Source: a virus. Taken from it: 64,000 nucleotides of DNA. The notes beneath the pieces are model-generated. The model ran no database searches, was not told the origin of the DNA, and saw only the letters and a list, made by a program, of their open reading frames with translations. A program made the position numbers and the translations under genes. Each line of letters opens with the position of its first letter. Positions within the stretch are counted from its first letter, which is position 1. This document shows positions 1 to 9,943 of this stretch, one piece after another. The DNA is taken from the IMG/VR virus record IMGVR_UViG_3300047476_000779, positions 6,263-70,262 of that record; one strand, written 5' to 3'.

Positions 1-1
1 A

Positions 2-271
2 TTAGTTGACAAGCACAATATCACATTGAATCTGACAGAACCTGTTATTGAATATCTAGCAGAACAAGGTTACGACAAAAAGATGGGTGCTAGACCATTA
101 GCACGTAAGATTGATGAACTTATTCGAGTTCCATTGTCTAAGAAAATTCTTTTTGAACGTATCAAAAACGCTACGATTACTGCGGTAGTTGGTTCAGATG
201 GTATTGAATTTAACGTACTACAAGCGCAGACTGCAAGGGTGAATGACGATGGGATTATTGAAATCAGTTGA
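2..271 (+). CDS. clpA: ClpA/ClpB-family AAA+ chaperone, C-terminal fragment (5' end outside window)
   Basis: The frame is open from position 2. The translation ...LVDKHNITLNLTEPVIEYLAEQGYDKKMGARPLARKIDELIRVPLSKKILFERIKN matches the ClpA/ClpB D2 small-domain signature (GYDxxMGARPL+R.I). Confidence 0.8.
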   Translation, partial: LVDKHNITLNLTEPVIEYLAEQGYDKKMGARPLARKIDELIRVPLSKKILFERIKNATITAVVGSDGIEFNVLQAQTARVNDDGIIEIS

Positions 272-974
272 TAACGTTCCCGGTATTGATTATTATGAAT
301 ATCGGGACAATAACTATTACAATAACTATGAGTACAGGATGCGGGTAGAAATACCCTGCATCAGATACACATGGTGGTGTAAGACAACTAGCGAACTAGA
401 TGACAAGATTAACGGTAAAGTTAAAAAGTATGGCTCTATTAAAAAAGAAGACATGCCGGAAGTGGTCAGTCATCAACATGCGTTGAAAACTGTCATTAGC
501 TTACAGTCTACCCGCAAGAAATCAAAAGACTTGGGCCTTAGGATTGAATCAAATACAGTAGCATTTTTTAGTAACGATCTGACTAAATTACAAGAAATTG
601 CCACTTTGTTGGGGTCAAAGTATAATCCAGATTATACACAAGTTCAGACTAGTCAATATGCTGGCATCAAGCATTTTGTAGATGAACCGAAACACAAATA
701 TAGAGTGTACTTGAAATCTAAAAGAGTTGCGGATGACTTTCACGTTGAGCTAAAAGATACATTCGCCCGTCAAAAAGAACTGTACCCAAGCGGAGCATTA
801 CAGTCCTGGATGAATCGAGATAATAAACGATGGGGAATCTGGAGTTTTAGGTGGACAAGTGCCGCACACTTTATCGATTATGATGACGAAAGCACACTAA
901 GCTATCTAGCACTAATTCATGGTGAAGTTCTCGGTAAGAAGTACAAATTAGAAAAGCGTCCAGATCCGATCTAA
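243..974 (+). CDS. hypothetical protein (start uncertain; first in-frame ATG after the clpA stop is at 339)
   Basis: 243-aa ORF on the coding strand of the operon. No recognisable motif. Confidence 0.4.
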   Translation: MTMGLLKSVDNVPGIDYYEYRDNNYYNNYEYRMRVEIPCIRYTWWCKTTSELDDKINGKVKKYGSIKKEDMPEVVSHQHALKTVISLQSTRKKSKDLGLRIESNTVAFFSNDLTKLQEIATLLGSKYNPDYTQVQTSQYAGIKHFVDEPKHKYRVYLKSKRVADDFHVELKDTFARQKELYPSGALQSWMNRDNKRWGIWSFRWTSAAHFIDYDDESTLSYLALIHGEVLGKKYKLEKRPDPI

Positions 975-1009
975 AATGATAAATACTCTAATAAAATGGA
1001 GTATTTACC

Positions 1010-1177
1010 ATGGCAAAGATTGTCGAGGATGTAGTAGTCATCAAATTCAGTAAAATCGTTAAGGACAGCGAATCAGAAGTTTCTGGTATCGCTGGTTCCG
1101 ACGTTCAGCAAGCATTAGAACAAGTCGCACAAGAACTAGTAGGTGACGGTGTTGTAGTTGAAGTGGTGAGAGCATAA
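1010..1177 (+). CDS. small acidic hypothetical protein (55 aa)
   Basis: ATG at 1010 preceded by GGAG. The stop TAATG overlaps the next start at 1177. Confidence 0.4.
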   Translation: MAKIVEDVVVIKFSKIVKDSESEVSGIAGSDVQQALEQVAQELVGDGVVVEVVRA

Positions 1178-1566
1178 TGAGCCAAACAACCACATTAATT
1201 ATGCTCCCACAGACAGCATGGAGTAGTAATGTTGCTAATGGTAATGCCTACACAGTCACTGGCAACAGTCAGCCTGCTGCCGCTTATTACTTAGGTAATC
1301 GAGACCTACAAACAGTCAATATTAATTTGACTAATTGTACTGGCAATATTACGCTAGAAGCTAGTTTAGCAACATCACCTGGATCAGGTGATTGGTTCAA
1401 AGTATACGAACTAGAAGCAAACGCTAATGCTCCATCGAACAGTGCCCCGCAAATAGCAAGCAACGCTAGTGTCTATACAAACATCGAAGGCAACTTTGTT
1501 TACTTACGAGCAAAGGTAGTAGATTTCGCAGGTGGCGGAGTGAATTTTGTAAAGTTGAGTTATTAA
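1177..1566 (+). CDS. hypothetical protein
   Basis: 129-aa ORF, translationally coupled to its neighbours. Confidence 0.5.
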   Translation: MSQTTTLIMLPQTAWSSNVANGNAYTVTGNSQPAAAYYLGNRDLQTVNINLTNCTGNITLEASLATSPGSGDWFKVYELEANANAPSNSAPQIASNASVYTNIEGNFVYLRAKVVDFAGGGVNFVKLSY

Positions 1567-1567
1567 A

Positions 1568-3046
1568 ATGTCTACGATTGTTATAATGCCAGGTGGCTTT
1601 CATCCTTTTCATGCTGGACATATGGCATTGTATAACAGTGCTCGTAAGGCATTTCCTGACGCTGACTTATATGTTGCCGCAACAAACAGTCAAGAAGAAC
1701 GTCCCTTCCCTTTCGCAGTAAAAGAGAAACTAGCTAAAGTTGCTGGTGTTGAGCCTGGACATTTTGTTCAAGTTAAGAGTCCTTTCCAAGCTAAAGAGAT
1801 TACACAAAATTATAATCCAGAACAAGATGTATTGATTTTTGTTCGTAGTGAAAAAGATAGAAACGAAAGCCCTAAGCCAGGCGGCACAAAGAAAGATGGT
1901 AGTCCAGCTTACTTCCAACCATGGACAGGTAAGGACGTACAACCATTTGGTAAACACGGATATTTTGCGTATCTGCCTACAGTTAAGTTTGGTCCTGGTA
2001 TTACAAGTGCTACAGAGATTCGTAAAGCATGGCCTACATTAGATGATAGACGCAAAACAGCAATGGTTATGAGTTTATATCCTGCGGCTCAGAAGAATCA
2101 AAAACTTGCCGCTAACATTGTTGCTATGCTAGATCAGGTTATGGGCGGTCAGTTAAATGAATTCGCACCTAGCGATGACGGTGATAACGGACAAGAAGAT
2201 ATGTTCTTTAAGTATGCTAAGTTGTGGTATAATGGCAACCTACAAATACAACAAAGAATCGAAGAAGTTTTAGCTCAAGCTGGTTGGGAAATCGGCGAAT
2301 TAGAGTCAGAAGAGGGTGGCGCATTCATCGTTAAAACAGGTGACGAAAATGGTGACACTTATATGGGCTGGCCAGCAGAGTATTTAGGTGATAATTTAAA
2401 CGAGTTCGCACCTGGCAACGGAGACGATGGTTTACCACAGGCTGAATATGTTGTATATCAATGTGATCCTAGCGACCAATTTGAATTCATCGGAGGACCA
2501 TTATACCAAACTGATAGTTTAGGTATGGCTCACAAGTATGCTTACGAGAAGTATGTAAAGCATCGTCCTTTAGCATTTATGATTTATCAACCTCATATTG
2601 AATCAAGTCGTGGTAACTATGGAGTCAAGGGTATCAGTGATGGTACAGAAGAAGTGGATGAAGGAAAGAGCAACGTAATTGCCAGAACAGCTAGTGACTT
2701 GTCTAACCCTCCGAAAGTTATGCAACATCGTGCGAAACGTGATATGGAGCGAGATGAACAGTTAAAGGGCAGAGATATTGCTAAACGTGATGACGATGAA
2801 ATGTTTGTTCCGGGTGATTCTGAAACAGAACGATTAATGCGTTATGTGCAACAACATTATCCTAACGCAACTACTAAACAACAAGCGTTCATTAAGTTCG
2901 CCCAACGTGCTTTGCAACATAGCAAAGACGAGGACGAAATGCAAGATAAAGAGATAACAGATTTAAAACAAGAAGTCAACAAAATTAAGCAAGTTGTTGA
3001 CAAGTTTAAGGTTACCGAAAGCTCTGATTATCTAGAGGAAAAATAA
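1568..3046 (+). CDS. HxGH-motif nucleotidyltransferase (cytidylyl/adenylyltransferase-like) with C-terminal extension
   Basis: N-terminus MPGGFHPFHAGH carries the (T/H)xGH nucleotidyltransferase signature. Internal tandem repeat LNEFAPSDDGDNG / LNEFAPGNGDDG. Confidence 0.5.
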   Translation: MSTIVIMPGGFHPFHAGHMALYNSARKAFPDADLYVAATNSQEERPFPFAVKEKLAKVAGVEPGHFVQVKSPFQAKEITQNYNPEQDVLIFVRSEKDRNESPKPGGTKKDGSPAYFQPWTGKDVQPFGKHGYFAYLPTVKFGPGITSATEIRKAWPTLDDRRKTAMVMSLYPAAQKNQKLAANIVAMLDQVMGGQLNEFAPSDDGDNGQEDMFFKYAKLWYNGNLQIQQRIEEVLAQAGWEIGELESEEGGAFIVKTGDENGDTYMGWPAEYLGDNLNEFAPGNGDDGLPQAEYVVYQCDPSDQFEFIGGPLYQTDSLGMAHKYAYEKYVKHRPLAFMIYQPHIESSRGNYGVKGISDGTEEVDEGKSNVIARTASDLSNPPKVMQHRAKRDMERDEQLKGRDIAKRDDDEMFVPGDSETERLMRYVQQHYPNATTKQQAFIKFAQRALQHSKDEDEMQDKEITDLKQEVNKIKQVVDKFKVTESSDYLEEK

Positions 3047-3096
3047 TTTGACCCCTTGTATGCCATGTAAATATTCTTATCTTTAAAGAGGATTAC

Positions 3097-3996
3097 ATGG
3101 CAACAAAGAAAACCAAAAAAGAAGCAACAGTTCCCGTAGAAAAGTTACAGGAAATTGTTGAGCAAACACAAGCTGACCAAACTCAGCACGATACTAGTTC
3201 ACAACAAACACAGCAAGGTCAAGTACAAGTTAACGTAGATTTCCTACGCACTACCCGAGTACACATAGCAATGCCATGTTATGGGGGTATGTTAACTGAA
3301 TCCACATTCATGTCATTCATCAAGTGGGCAAACACAGCCCGTCAACTTGGTATTGATTGGACGCTCGAAACAATGGTTAATGAATCACTCATTAGCCGAG
3401 CACGTAACACATTAACCGCAAAGTTCTTGGACATGCCTGATGCTACTCACTTGTTCTTTGTTGACGCAGATATTGGTTGGGAACCATGGCACTTGTTAGT
3501 ATTGTTGAACCGTGACGTTGATGTTATCGGTGGACTATACCCGATGAAGACTATGCCAATCAAGTGGGTAGTTAACGGCTTTGAAGGTGCAGAAGAAGGC
3601 ACTGACGGTCTACAAGAAGTATCTAAAGCAGGTACAGGTTTCTTGTTGATGAAGAAGCATGTATTTGAAAAAATGAAAGTTCACCCTGCTGTCAAGCAGT
3701 ATAAGAACGACATTGGTTTAGATCCTAAGTATGACCAACACTTGAAGACCTACTTTGACACAGCAGTTCGTCAGAACCGTTACTACAGTGAAGACTGGAC
3801 ATTCTGTGAAAACTGGCGTGACATGGGCGGACGTATCTGGGTTGATAAGCGAGTATTACTACGTCACTCAGGTTCTTATGTGTTCTGTATGGAAAATCAG
3901 CAACACTTGATGAACACAATCGGTCCTATGTACATGGATGAGCAACGAAATAAAGGTTTCAAGTTAGTCGATCAAAACGGCAACGAAATCAAATAA
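3097..3996 (+). CDS. GT-A fold (family 2-like) glycosyltransferase
   Basis: VHIAMPCYGG ... FFVDADI (DxD) pattern typical of the GT-A fold. RBS AGAGGA upstream. Confidence 0.45.
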   Translation: MATKKTKKEATVPVEKLQEIVEQTQADQTQHDTSSQQTQQGQVQVNVDFLRTTRVHIAMPCYGGMLTESTFMSFIKWANTARQLGIDWTLETMVNESLISRARNTLTAKFLDMPDATHLFFVDADIGWEPWHLLVLLNRDVDVIGGLYPMKTMPIKWVVNGFEGAEEGTDGLQEVSKAGTGFLLMKKHVFEKMKVHPAVKQYKNDIGLDPKYDQHLKTYFDTAVRQNRYYSEDWTFCENWRDMGGRIWVDKRVLLRHSGSYVFCMENQQHLMNTIGPMYMDEQRNKGFKLVDQNGNEIK

Positions 3997-3999
3997 AAT

Positions 4000-4020
4000 A
4001 GCCCCGAAAGGGGCTTTTTT
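4000..4020 (+). terminator. rho-independent terminator
   Basis: agcccc-gaaa-ggggct hairpin followed by a run of six T residues, directly after the stop at 3996. Confidence 0.7.
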
Positions 4021-4156
4021 AATGGACACAATAAATACAGAAAGGAGATAATTATGAGTTGGTATAGACACAGACCCCCAAAGAATCCTCCACATCACCC
4101 GGAACCTGTACAGGAAAACAAGACTCCTTCGAAGTGATACTGATAAATACAGTATC

Positions 4157-6067
4157 ATGAATTTGCGAGAACTCGATTCCTTTAAACTTTCCGACGCCGT
4201 TACTTTCCATAACAATCTGAACCCTAAGTTATGGAATGGCACACACCTCCGACCAGAGGTTAGAAAACAACTAATAACAATAGCACAAGATTTTTTATCT
4301 GAATTAGGTATCCACGACCTAGATGTAAAAGACATAACAGTTTCCGGCAGCAATGCAGCATACAGCTACACAAAGCACTCAGACTTAGACTTACACATTT
4401 TAGTAGACCTCAGCGAATTAGATAATGATGAAGTTTACAAAGAACTATTCAACGCTAAAAAGACAATTTATAACGACAGCCACGACATAACGATTCATGG
4501 GGTACCAGTAGAACTATACGTACAAGACGCCAGAGAACCAGTCATCAGTCTAGGTGAGTACAGTATATTGAATAACGAATGGCTTAGAATCCCCACTAAG
4601 CGCAGAGCAAACTTTGACCAAAATTCAAGTAGAGCAAAATACGAAAAACTATTAGATATCATCAATCAGGCACTAAGATCCACTAGCTTAGAAAAAGTCA
4701 CCAAGACACTAAAGAAGATTAGACAATATAGACAAGCAGGTCTAGACAAAGGTGGTGAGTTTGGTCCTGAAAATTTAGCATACAAAGCATTACGTAGTCG
4801 TGGATACATAACAAAGCTATATGATTTACGAGACAAGTTACATAGTCAAGAATTGACCGTAGAGACAATGTACAAACAAAAACTAGACAAACCTACATTC
4901 GGTGTACGTGAACTAGTTAAGATGCACAACGTATCATTGGATCACATATTAACACAGTTAATTCAAGGAATTAATGTAGAATCTGAACATACTAGCAACG
5001 AAGATTTAGCTAGAGAGATCGCATTAGATCATTTAAAAGAAGATCCTAATTATTACTCTAAATTAAAAAAAGCAGAATTAGAAGAAGAAAAAGAAAGTTT
5101 ACCAGCTAAAGTTTATCATGTAACTCCAGCTGTTAATGTCCCTACTATTATGTCTCGTGGATTAATACCACAAGTTGGTGATCGTTCTAACAAGATACAA
5201 GGTGAAACTCCTGCGGTATATTGCTTCCCTGACACTAATTCACTAGAAGATGCTATGATGAATTGGTTGGGTGACGAATTTGGTGAAGATGAAGATTTAG
5301 CTTTACTAGAGATAAGCACAAGTGGATTAGAAGGGGATGTAACACCTAATGCCGAATACGAAATACAGATTTTTGACCCTGTCCCTCCGCAAAACATCAA
5401 AGTGTTGTCTCAGAATTTAGCAACAATGGTACTAGAATCAGTCAACGAGAGTTTCGACCAACCCTACAAACTTAAATGGGAAAAGAGTGATTATGGTGAC
5501 ATTGACGCAATAGCAAAAATGGACGATGGTAACCATCTAAGTATCATGTTCAACAAAGGATACAACCAAGACAACGAAGAAGCATGGAGTGTTGAATTCT
5601 TTAGAAACAATAGCCAAGAAGTTACAGGTGAAGGTGACGCACAAAGAGTGTTTGCTACTGTGTTAGGGGCTATACAAACGTTCATTAAGAAATACAAACC
5701 AAATAGAATTATCTTTTCAGCAAGCAAGGATAACTGGGCAAAACAACAACAGAATAGCGAAAGCCGAGCATCATTGTATGATAGGTTAGTTCAGCGTTAT
5801 AGCAAAGCATGGGGATTCAGAGCGTTCCGTGCCGATGCAGGCGACAAGGTTATCTATGAATTAAGTAGAATAAAACCCATTGCTAAACCGGTAGCAGAAG
5901 CAAGTGGCTATATCCCATCTGAAAAAGAGAAAAACGATCCACGTTTCAAGACAGCATTAACAGTGGATGTTAAGCCTGACAGTATCAAAAAGAATGCAAA
6001 ATCCTTCTACTGGAAGACTAGTAGAGCAGGCATTCCTCCAACAGCGAACCCTAACGGCAAATTCTGA
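4157..6067 (+). CDS. large protein with pol-beta-like NTase motif and C-terminal ADP-ribosyltransferase-like R/STS/ExE motifs (Alt/Mod-like?)
   Basis: GSNAAYSYTKHSDLDLHILVD fits the GS...DxD nucleotidyltransferase pattern. The C-terminal half has SRGL (Arg), LLEISTSGLEG (STS) and AEYEIQ (ExE), as in R-S-E ADP-ribosyltransferases. Confidence 0.4.
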   Translation: MNLRELDSFKLSDAVTFHNNLNPKLWNGTHLRPEVRKQLITIAQDFLSELGIHDLDVKDITVSGSNAAYSYTKHSDLDLHILVDLSELDNDEVYKELFNAKKTIYNDSHDITIHGVPVELYVQDAREPVISLGEYSILNNEWLRIPTKRRANFDQNSSRAKYEKLLDIINQALRSTSLEKVTKTLKKIRQYRQAGLDKGGEFGPENLAYKALRSRGYITKLYDLRDKLHSQELTVETMYKQKLDKPTFGVRELVKMHNVSLDHILTQLIQGINVESEHTSNEDLAREIALDHLKEDPNYYSKLKKAELEEEKESLPAKVYHVTPAVNVPTIMSRGLIPQVGDRSNKIQGETPAVYCFPDTNSLEDAMMNWLGDEFGEDEDLALLEISTSGLEGDVTPNAEYEIQIFDPVPPQNIKVLSQNLATMVLESVNESFDQPYKLKWEKSDYGDIDAIAKMDDGNHLSIMFNKGYNQDNEEAWSVEFFRNNSQEVTGEGDAQRVFATVLGAIQTFIKKYKPNRIIFSASKDNWAKQQQNSESRASLYDRLVQRYSKAWGFRAFRADAGDKVIYELSRIKPIAKPVAEASGYIPSEKEKNDPRFKTALTVDVKPDSIKKNAKSFYWKTSRAGIPPTANPNGKF

Positions 6068-6111
6068 TTACATAGTATTTTGATAAATACTATATCAATT
6101 TGGAATTCCGT

Positions 6112-6828
6112 ATGAAAATCAATCAAATCATTGTAGAAACCTCAACAACAGCAGGTTCTATCTCTACTGTATCAATGCCATTGGGCGAAGTACAGAAACG
6201 CAATCCTATTAAAACAGTTAGCAAAAAGGGCCCTTATGCCAATAGTCTAAGTGAGGGCGCAGTAAAACAACTATCAATGGACCTTAAAGGTGGTAAAGAC
6301 GGTCTAAATGACGAAGAATTCAAAAAGAAGTACGGCAAGACTAAACAAGAAGTTCGTGCTGAAATGAAGAAACAACCCGAGAAGCAAGAACCAGTTAAAG
6401 AAGATAAACTAGACGAAGAAGATAAAATTATCGCTGTTGGCAAAGGTAGCAAACTAAAGACTGGTCTACACGGTAAAAATGAAGAACCAAAGTTCAAAAA
6501 TTTTGTACCCCCATTCAAAGCAGAAGGCTTGTATGTAAGTGATAAACGCGGTAAAAATGTCTGTGAATGTAGTGAACAAATGTTAGCACCATTAGTTGCT
6601 AAAGCATTAAATGCGTTTGTTGCTACAAATGAATCTATCGACATTGAAGGCGCTGGCGTTGTTGCTGGTGGAGCCCAGTATGAAGGTGCTAAAGTAGATC
6701 GTATGGTTAAACACATTGCTAAGAGTGAAAAGAAGTTAGGTCACTCTAAGAAAGAAGCAGAGAACATTGCGTGGGCAACAGCTAACAAGCGTGGCATGCT
6801 AGACAACAAGAACAAGAAAGCAAAATAA
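6112..6828 (+). CDS. Lys-rich basic protein with CTS-like N-terminus (internal-protein-like)
   Basis: Starts MKINQIIVE|T, resembling the T4 IP capsid-targeting sequence MKTYQEFIAE. Highly basic, Lys-rich composition. The ORF track starts it at TTG 6100. Confidence 0.5.
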   Translation: MKINQIIVETSTTAGSISTVSMPLGEVQKRNPIKTVSKKGPYANSLSEGAVKQLSMDLKGGKDGLNDEEFKKKYGKTKQEVRAEMKKQPEKQEPVKEDKLDEEDKIIAVGKGSKLKTGLHGKNEEPKFKNFVPPFKAEGLYVSDKRGKNVCECSEQMLAPLVAKALNAFVATNESIDIEGAGVVAGGAQYEGAKVDRMVKHIAKSEKKLGHSKKEAENIAWATANKRGMLDNKNKKAK

Positions 6829-6830
6829 TC

Positions 6831-9503
6831 ATGAGTAAAATTTTAAAAGGTTTAGACGAAGCGTACGGACGTTATGGCCGTAGAGATGCTTATCAACGTG
6901 ACTATGATGCTAGCGTTGCGGGTATGAATAAGCGTGACAGTTACGCATATCAAATGGATGGCGGCGCAAACGATGAAGGTTGGGATGAACCTCAACGTGA
7001 TTATACACCTAAACCAGTTGCGAGAAAAGGTATGTATTTCTACAATGTACCGGCCGGTCAGGATTCTAAAGCACAAGAAGTAGGATTGTTTAGAACAAAG
7101 TCAGGCAAGTGGTATAGCCCCTTTCAAAACACACGTGCTGACATGTTCTTTGGTAAAGGCAGATACTGGGAGCCAAAGACTAATGAATCTCAATTAGATG
7201 AACTGAGCAACGACACCCTTGCAAGCTACAAAAAGAAAGCCGGTGCTGACGCATCAGCCGCTGACAAAGCAGGTGACTATAAGCGTGGTGACAAGCGTTT
7301 CAGTGGCATTGTAAAAGCAACTAAGAAACAGTTTGATAACGATAGTAAAGGTGTGGTGGAAGCTAGCCCAGACGCAACGTTCAATGTTCTTAAAGGATTA
7401 AAGAGCTATCAAGTTGTTATTATGAACAACTACTACAGAGGCAAGTATAGTGACTATAGCGGTCGTTACTATTATGTGTTAGCAACAAGCCCAGAAGAAG
7501 CCAAGCAAGTTGTGTTAGATAACGCTGATGCTATCTTACAAGACTTGTTGGCAATGAAGGCACACAATGGTAGAAGAATATTGCCACGTAGTAGTGCCGT
7601 TCCTATTACTCCAGATCGTATCGGTAAGATTGAAGATGGTACAGTTGCTGGTCGCATGAGTACTACAAGCTATAAAAAGATGTACAGCCCAAATGGCCCT
7701 ATGATGGTTAAACTATCTAACGGTGCTATTGAAGATGTACAAGGTCAAGAGCAAAATGTATCTGAAGAAACGATTCACGTAGGTTATCGTGATTCAAGTG
7801 GCGATTGGATCAAAACCACTACGCATACTAACTATGCCGATGCTAAAGCCGCAATGGAAAGATTAGTAAAGAGAGGCAAGAAGGGTGTTCAGCATCGCTA
7901 CGACAATAAGGGCAATATTGACCCGGGTGCTATGATGACTGCGAGACCTGATTCAGGGGTAGCGGAAGACACGGTAAACGAATCTTCTACTATTGATTTT
8001 ATTAGAGGGTTGATTAGTGAGTTCAACACACAAATGAGTGGTAGCCCATACTATCCAATGGATTATAAAAATCCTGGTATGAGAATGTGGACTCGTGGTG
8101 ACGGCTCACGATACAAAGATCCTGGATACATTTTCATTGATCGTGACTTAAAACCAGAAGATCAGCCTAAATGGCACAAGGCTAAAGCAGTTGAAAAGTT
8201 TTGGAAGTTCCTAGAATCTAAAGGTGCTCGTAAGATTGGCGATGTTTCTGGTGAATTTGGGTCCGATCCGCATAGTCCGGCAGTAGTATTGAACAAGCAA
8301 GTATTTGTATTCAACGGTCGTAGCATTGCTTGGGGATCAACTAGTAGACTAAAGAACTCCAGTGTTTGGCGTCAAAAACAACAAGGTGTGGCGGAAGGTT
8401 GGGACCCTGACACGACTAGACTTGAGCAAGATGTTAGAGATGCGTTAGATAACGGTGACGATTACACAGCAAAACAATATGCTAAAATGGCACCGACACC
8501 AGAAGCCAAGAAATATTTGCTAAACATCATCAAGCAAGCAATGTATATTGATGATTTAGGTGGCGAAATTGATTGGAAAGGTGTGTCGGAAGCAGGCAAC
8601 AAACCTGTTGAAAAATACCGTTTAGGAATGGGCGATAATCGCACAGCAAGAGAACTAAAAACTCAAATGCAAGGTGCCAGTGATGAGTTTGTCAATTGGG
8701 CTGCAAAGGATGTTGGACCTTTCCACTCTAGAGTGGCCAAGATGCAGGGCAAACTTGCCAAGAGCGAACTACGCCGCCGTGCAGCCGACCATGATAGATT
8801 AGCAACAGGTACTAACGAAGGTGTGGCGGAAGGCGAAAAGAATCCGCATACTAGCGCATTAGGTAAAGCATTGTATCGTGACCTAAGCAAAGAGAAGAAA
8901 GCAAGTCCACAACAAGTTCAGCGCAACAAAGAGCGTTGGGCAAAGCGTCAGGCTGATATGGTAGGAGATCCTGCTCCACAACATTATCGTGACCAATTGG
9001 CTAAAGATGCCGCCGAGTATAAAAAAGGTGTATCAGAAGGCGAACTTGCTACATACTTGGTAAGTGTTATGGACTCTGCTACTGGCGAGCACTGGCGCAT
9101 TGAAGTCAAAGTCACAAGCCCCGAAATGGCCAAAGAACGAGCAGAAGCAATGGGCTATAAAGTATTAGGCGTTAAAGAAAAGCCTGGTGTGGCGGAAGGC
9201 TCATCTACAATGTGGGAAGTTAGTTTTGATTACGGCCCTCATCAGGCAGACTCAGTAAAGGTCAAGGCCGGTTCAGAAGAAGAAGCCATTGCCAAAGTAG
9301 AGAAGGCGGCAGAGAAAAGAGGCCGAGACATAATGATTAACTGGGCAAGACCAGCAGAGCAAGATGTGGCGGAAGAAAAGCAACGTCTAGATGCCAAGTG
9401 CTGGAAGGGCTATAAAAAGCAAGGCACTAAGATGAAGGGTGATACAAGAGTTAATAACTGTGTTCCTGTAAAAGAATCAGCTATTATGAAGGGTCTTAAA
9501 TAA
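6831..9503 (+). CDS. 890-aa polyprotein-like structural/internal protein with repeated GVAEG motifs
   Basis: Five or more occurrences of G-V-A/S-E-G/D. A repeated ~40-aa module (VLATSPEEAKQVV / VTSPEMAKERAEAMGYKV / GSEEEAIAKVEKAAEKRG). Confidence 0.5.
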   Translation: MSKILKGLDEAYGRYGRRDAYQRDYDASVAGMNKRDSYAYQMDGGANDEGWDEPQRDYTPKPVARKGMYFYNVPAGQDSKAQEVGLFRTKSGKWYSPFQNTRADMFFGKGRYWEPKTNESQLDELSNDTLASYKKKAGADASAADKAGDYKRGDKRFSGIVKATKKQFDNDSKGVVEASPDATFNVLKGLKSYQVVIMNNYYRGKYSDYSGRYYYVLATSPEEAKQVVLDNADAILQDLLAMKAHNGRRILPRSSAVPITPDRIGKIEDGTVAGRMSTTSYKKMYSPNGPMMVKLSNGAIEDVQGQEQNVSEETIHVGYRDSSGDWIKTTTHTNYADAKAAMERLVKRGKKGVQHRYDNKGNIDPGAMMTARPDSGVAEDTVNESSTIDFIRGLISEFNTQMSGSPYYPMDYKNPGMRMWTRGDGSRYKDPGYIFIDRDLKPEDQPKWHKAKAVEKFWKFLESKGARKIGDVSGEFGSDPHSPAVVLNKQVFVFNGRSIAWGSTSRLKNSSVWRQKQQGVAEGWDPDTTRLEQDVRDALDNGDDYTAKQYAKMAPTPEAKKYLLNIIKQAMYIDDLGGEIDWKGVSEAGNKPVEKYRLGMGDNRTARELKTQMQGASDEFVNWAAKDVGPFHSRVAKMQGKLAKSELRRRAADHDRLATGTNEGVAEGEKNPHTSALGKALYRDLSKEKKASPQQVQRNKERWAKRQADMVGDPAPQHYRDQLAKDAAEYKKGVSEGELATYLVSVMDSATGEHWRIEVKVTSPEMAKERAEAMGYKVLGVKEKPGVAEGSSTMWEVSFDYGPHQADSVKVKAGSEEEAIAKVEKAAEKRGRDIMINWARPAEQDVAEEKQRLDAKCWKGYKKQGTKMKGDTRVNNCVPVKESAIMKGLK

Positions 9504-9943
9504 TGTTATCAGATAATTTAAAAGTGTTATTAGCGAGTACTCAGTCATTCGCTATCAAGTCACAAAACTTTCACTGGAACGTTGAAGGTAGTAACTTCCC
9601 ACAGTATCACGAATTCTTTGATACATTGTACGGTGATGTAAGTGGTACAATTGACCGTATCGCTGAATACATCAGAATTTTAGGTCACTACACCCCTGGT
9701 AGTTTAACACGTTATGCTGAACTATCTATCATTCAAGATCAAACAAAGATTCCACGTGCTGAATTAATGTTTGCTGAATCATTACAAGACTGCGAAACAA
9801 TGAGTCAATTAGTAACAGCAATGTTTGATGAAGCCGCAAATGAAAATCAACATGGTATAGAAAACTACATGGCTGAACTACAAGACTTGTACGGCAAGAA
9901 AGCATGGTTCATTCGTTCTATACTAAAGAAAGAACGTGAATGA
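9503..9943 (+). CDS. dps: Dps-like ferritin-superfamily protein
   Basis: NFHWNVEGSNFPQYHEFFDTLYGDVSGTIDRIAEYIRILG matches the Dps di-iron/DNA-binding ferritin signature (HWNV.G..F..H..F). Confidence 0.7.
   Translation: MLSDNLKVLLASTQSFAIKSQNFHWNVEGSNFPQYHEFFDTLYGDVSGTIDRIAEYIRILGHYTPGSLTRYAELSIIQDQTKIPRAELMFAESLQDCETMSQLVTAMFDEAANENQHGIENYMAELQDLYGKKAWFIRSILKKERE

Noticed and set aside
6234-6716. 160-aa minus-strand ORF, plus similar antisense ORFs at 42897..43412, 61742..62521, 63042..63632, 54157..54612, 56636..57037, 60599..60970 and 46029..46433
   Set aside because: All are fully embedded antisense to strongly supported plus-strand genes (polymerase, ClpX, rIIA, rIIB and so on). They have low-complexity Ser/Thr/Leu-rich translations and no RBS, so they are shadow ORFs.
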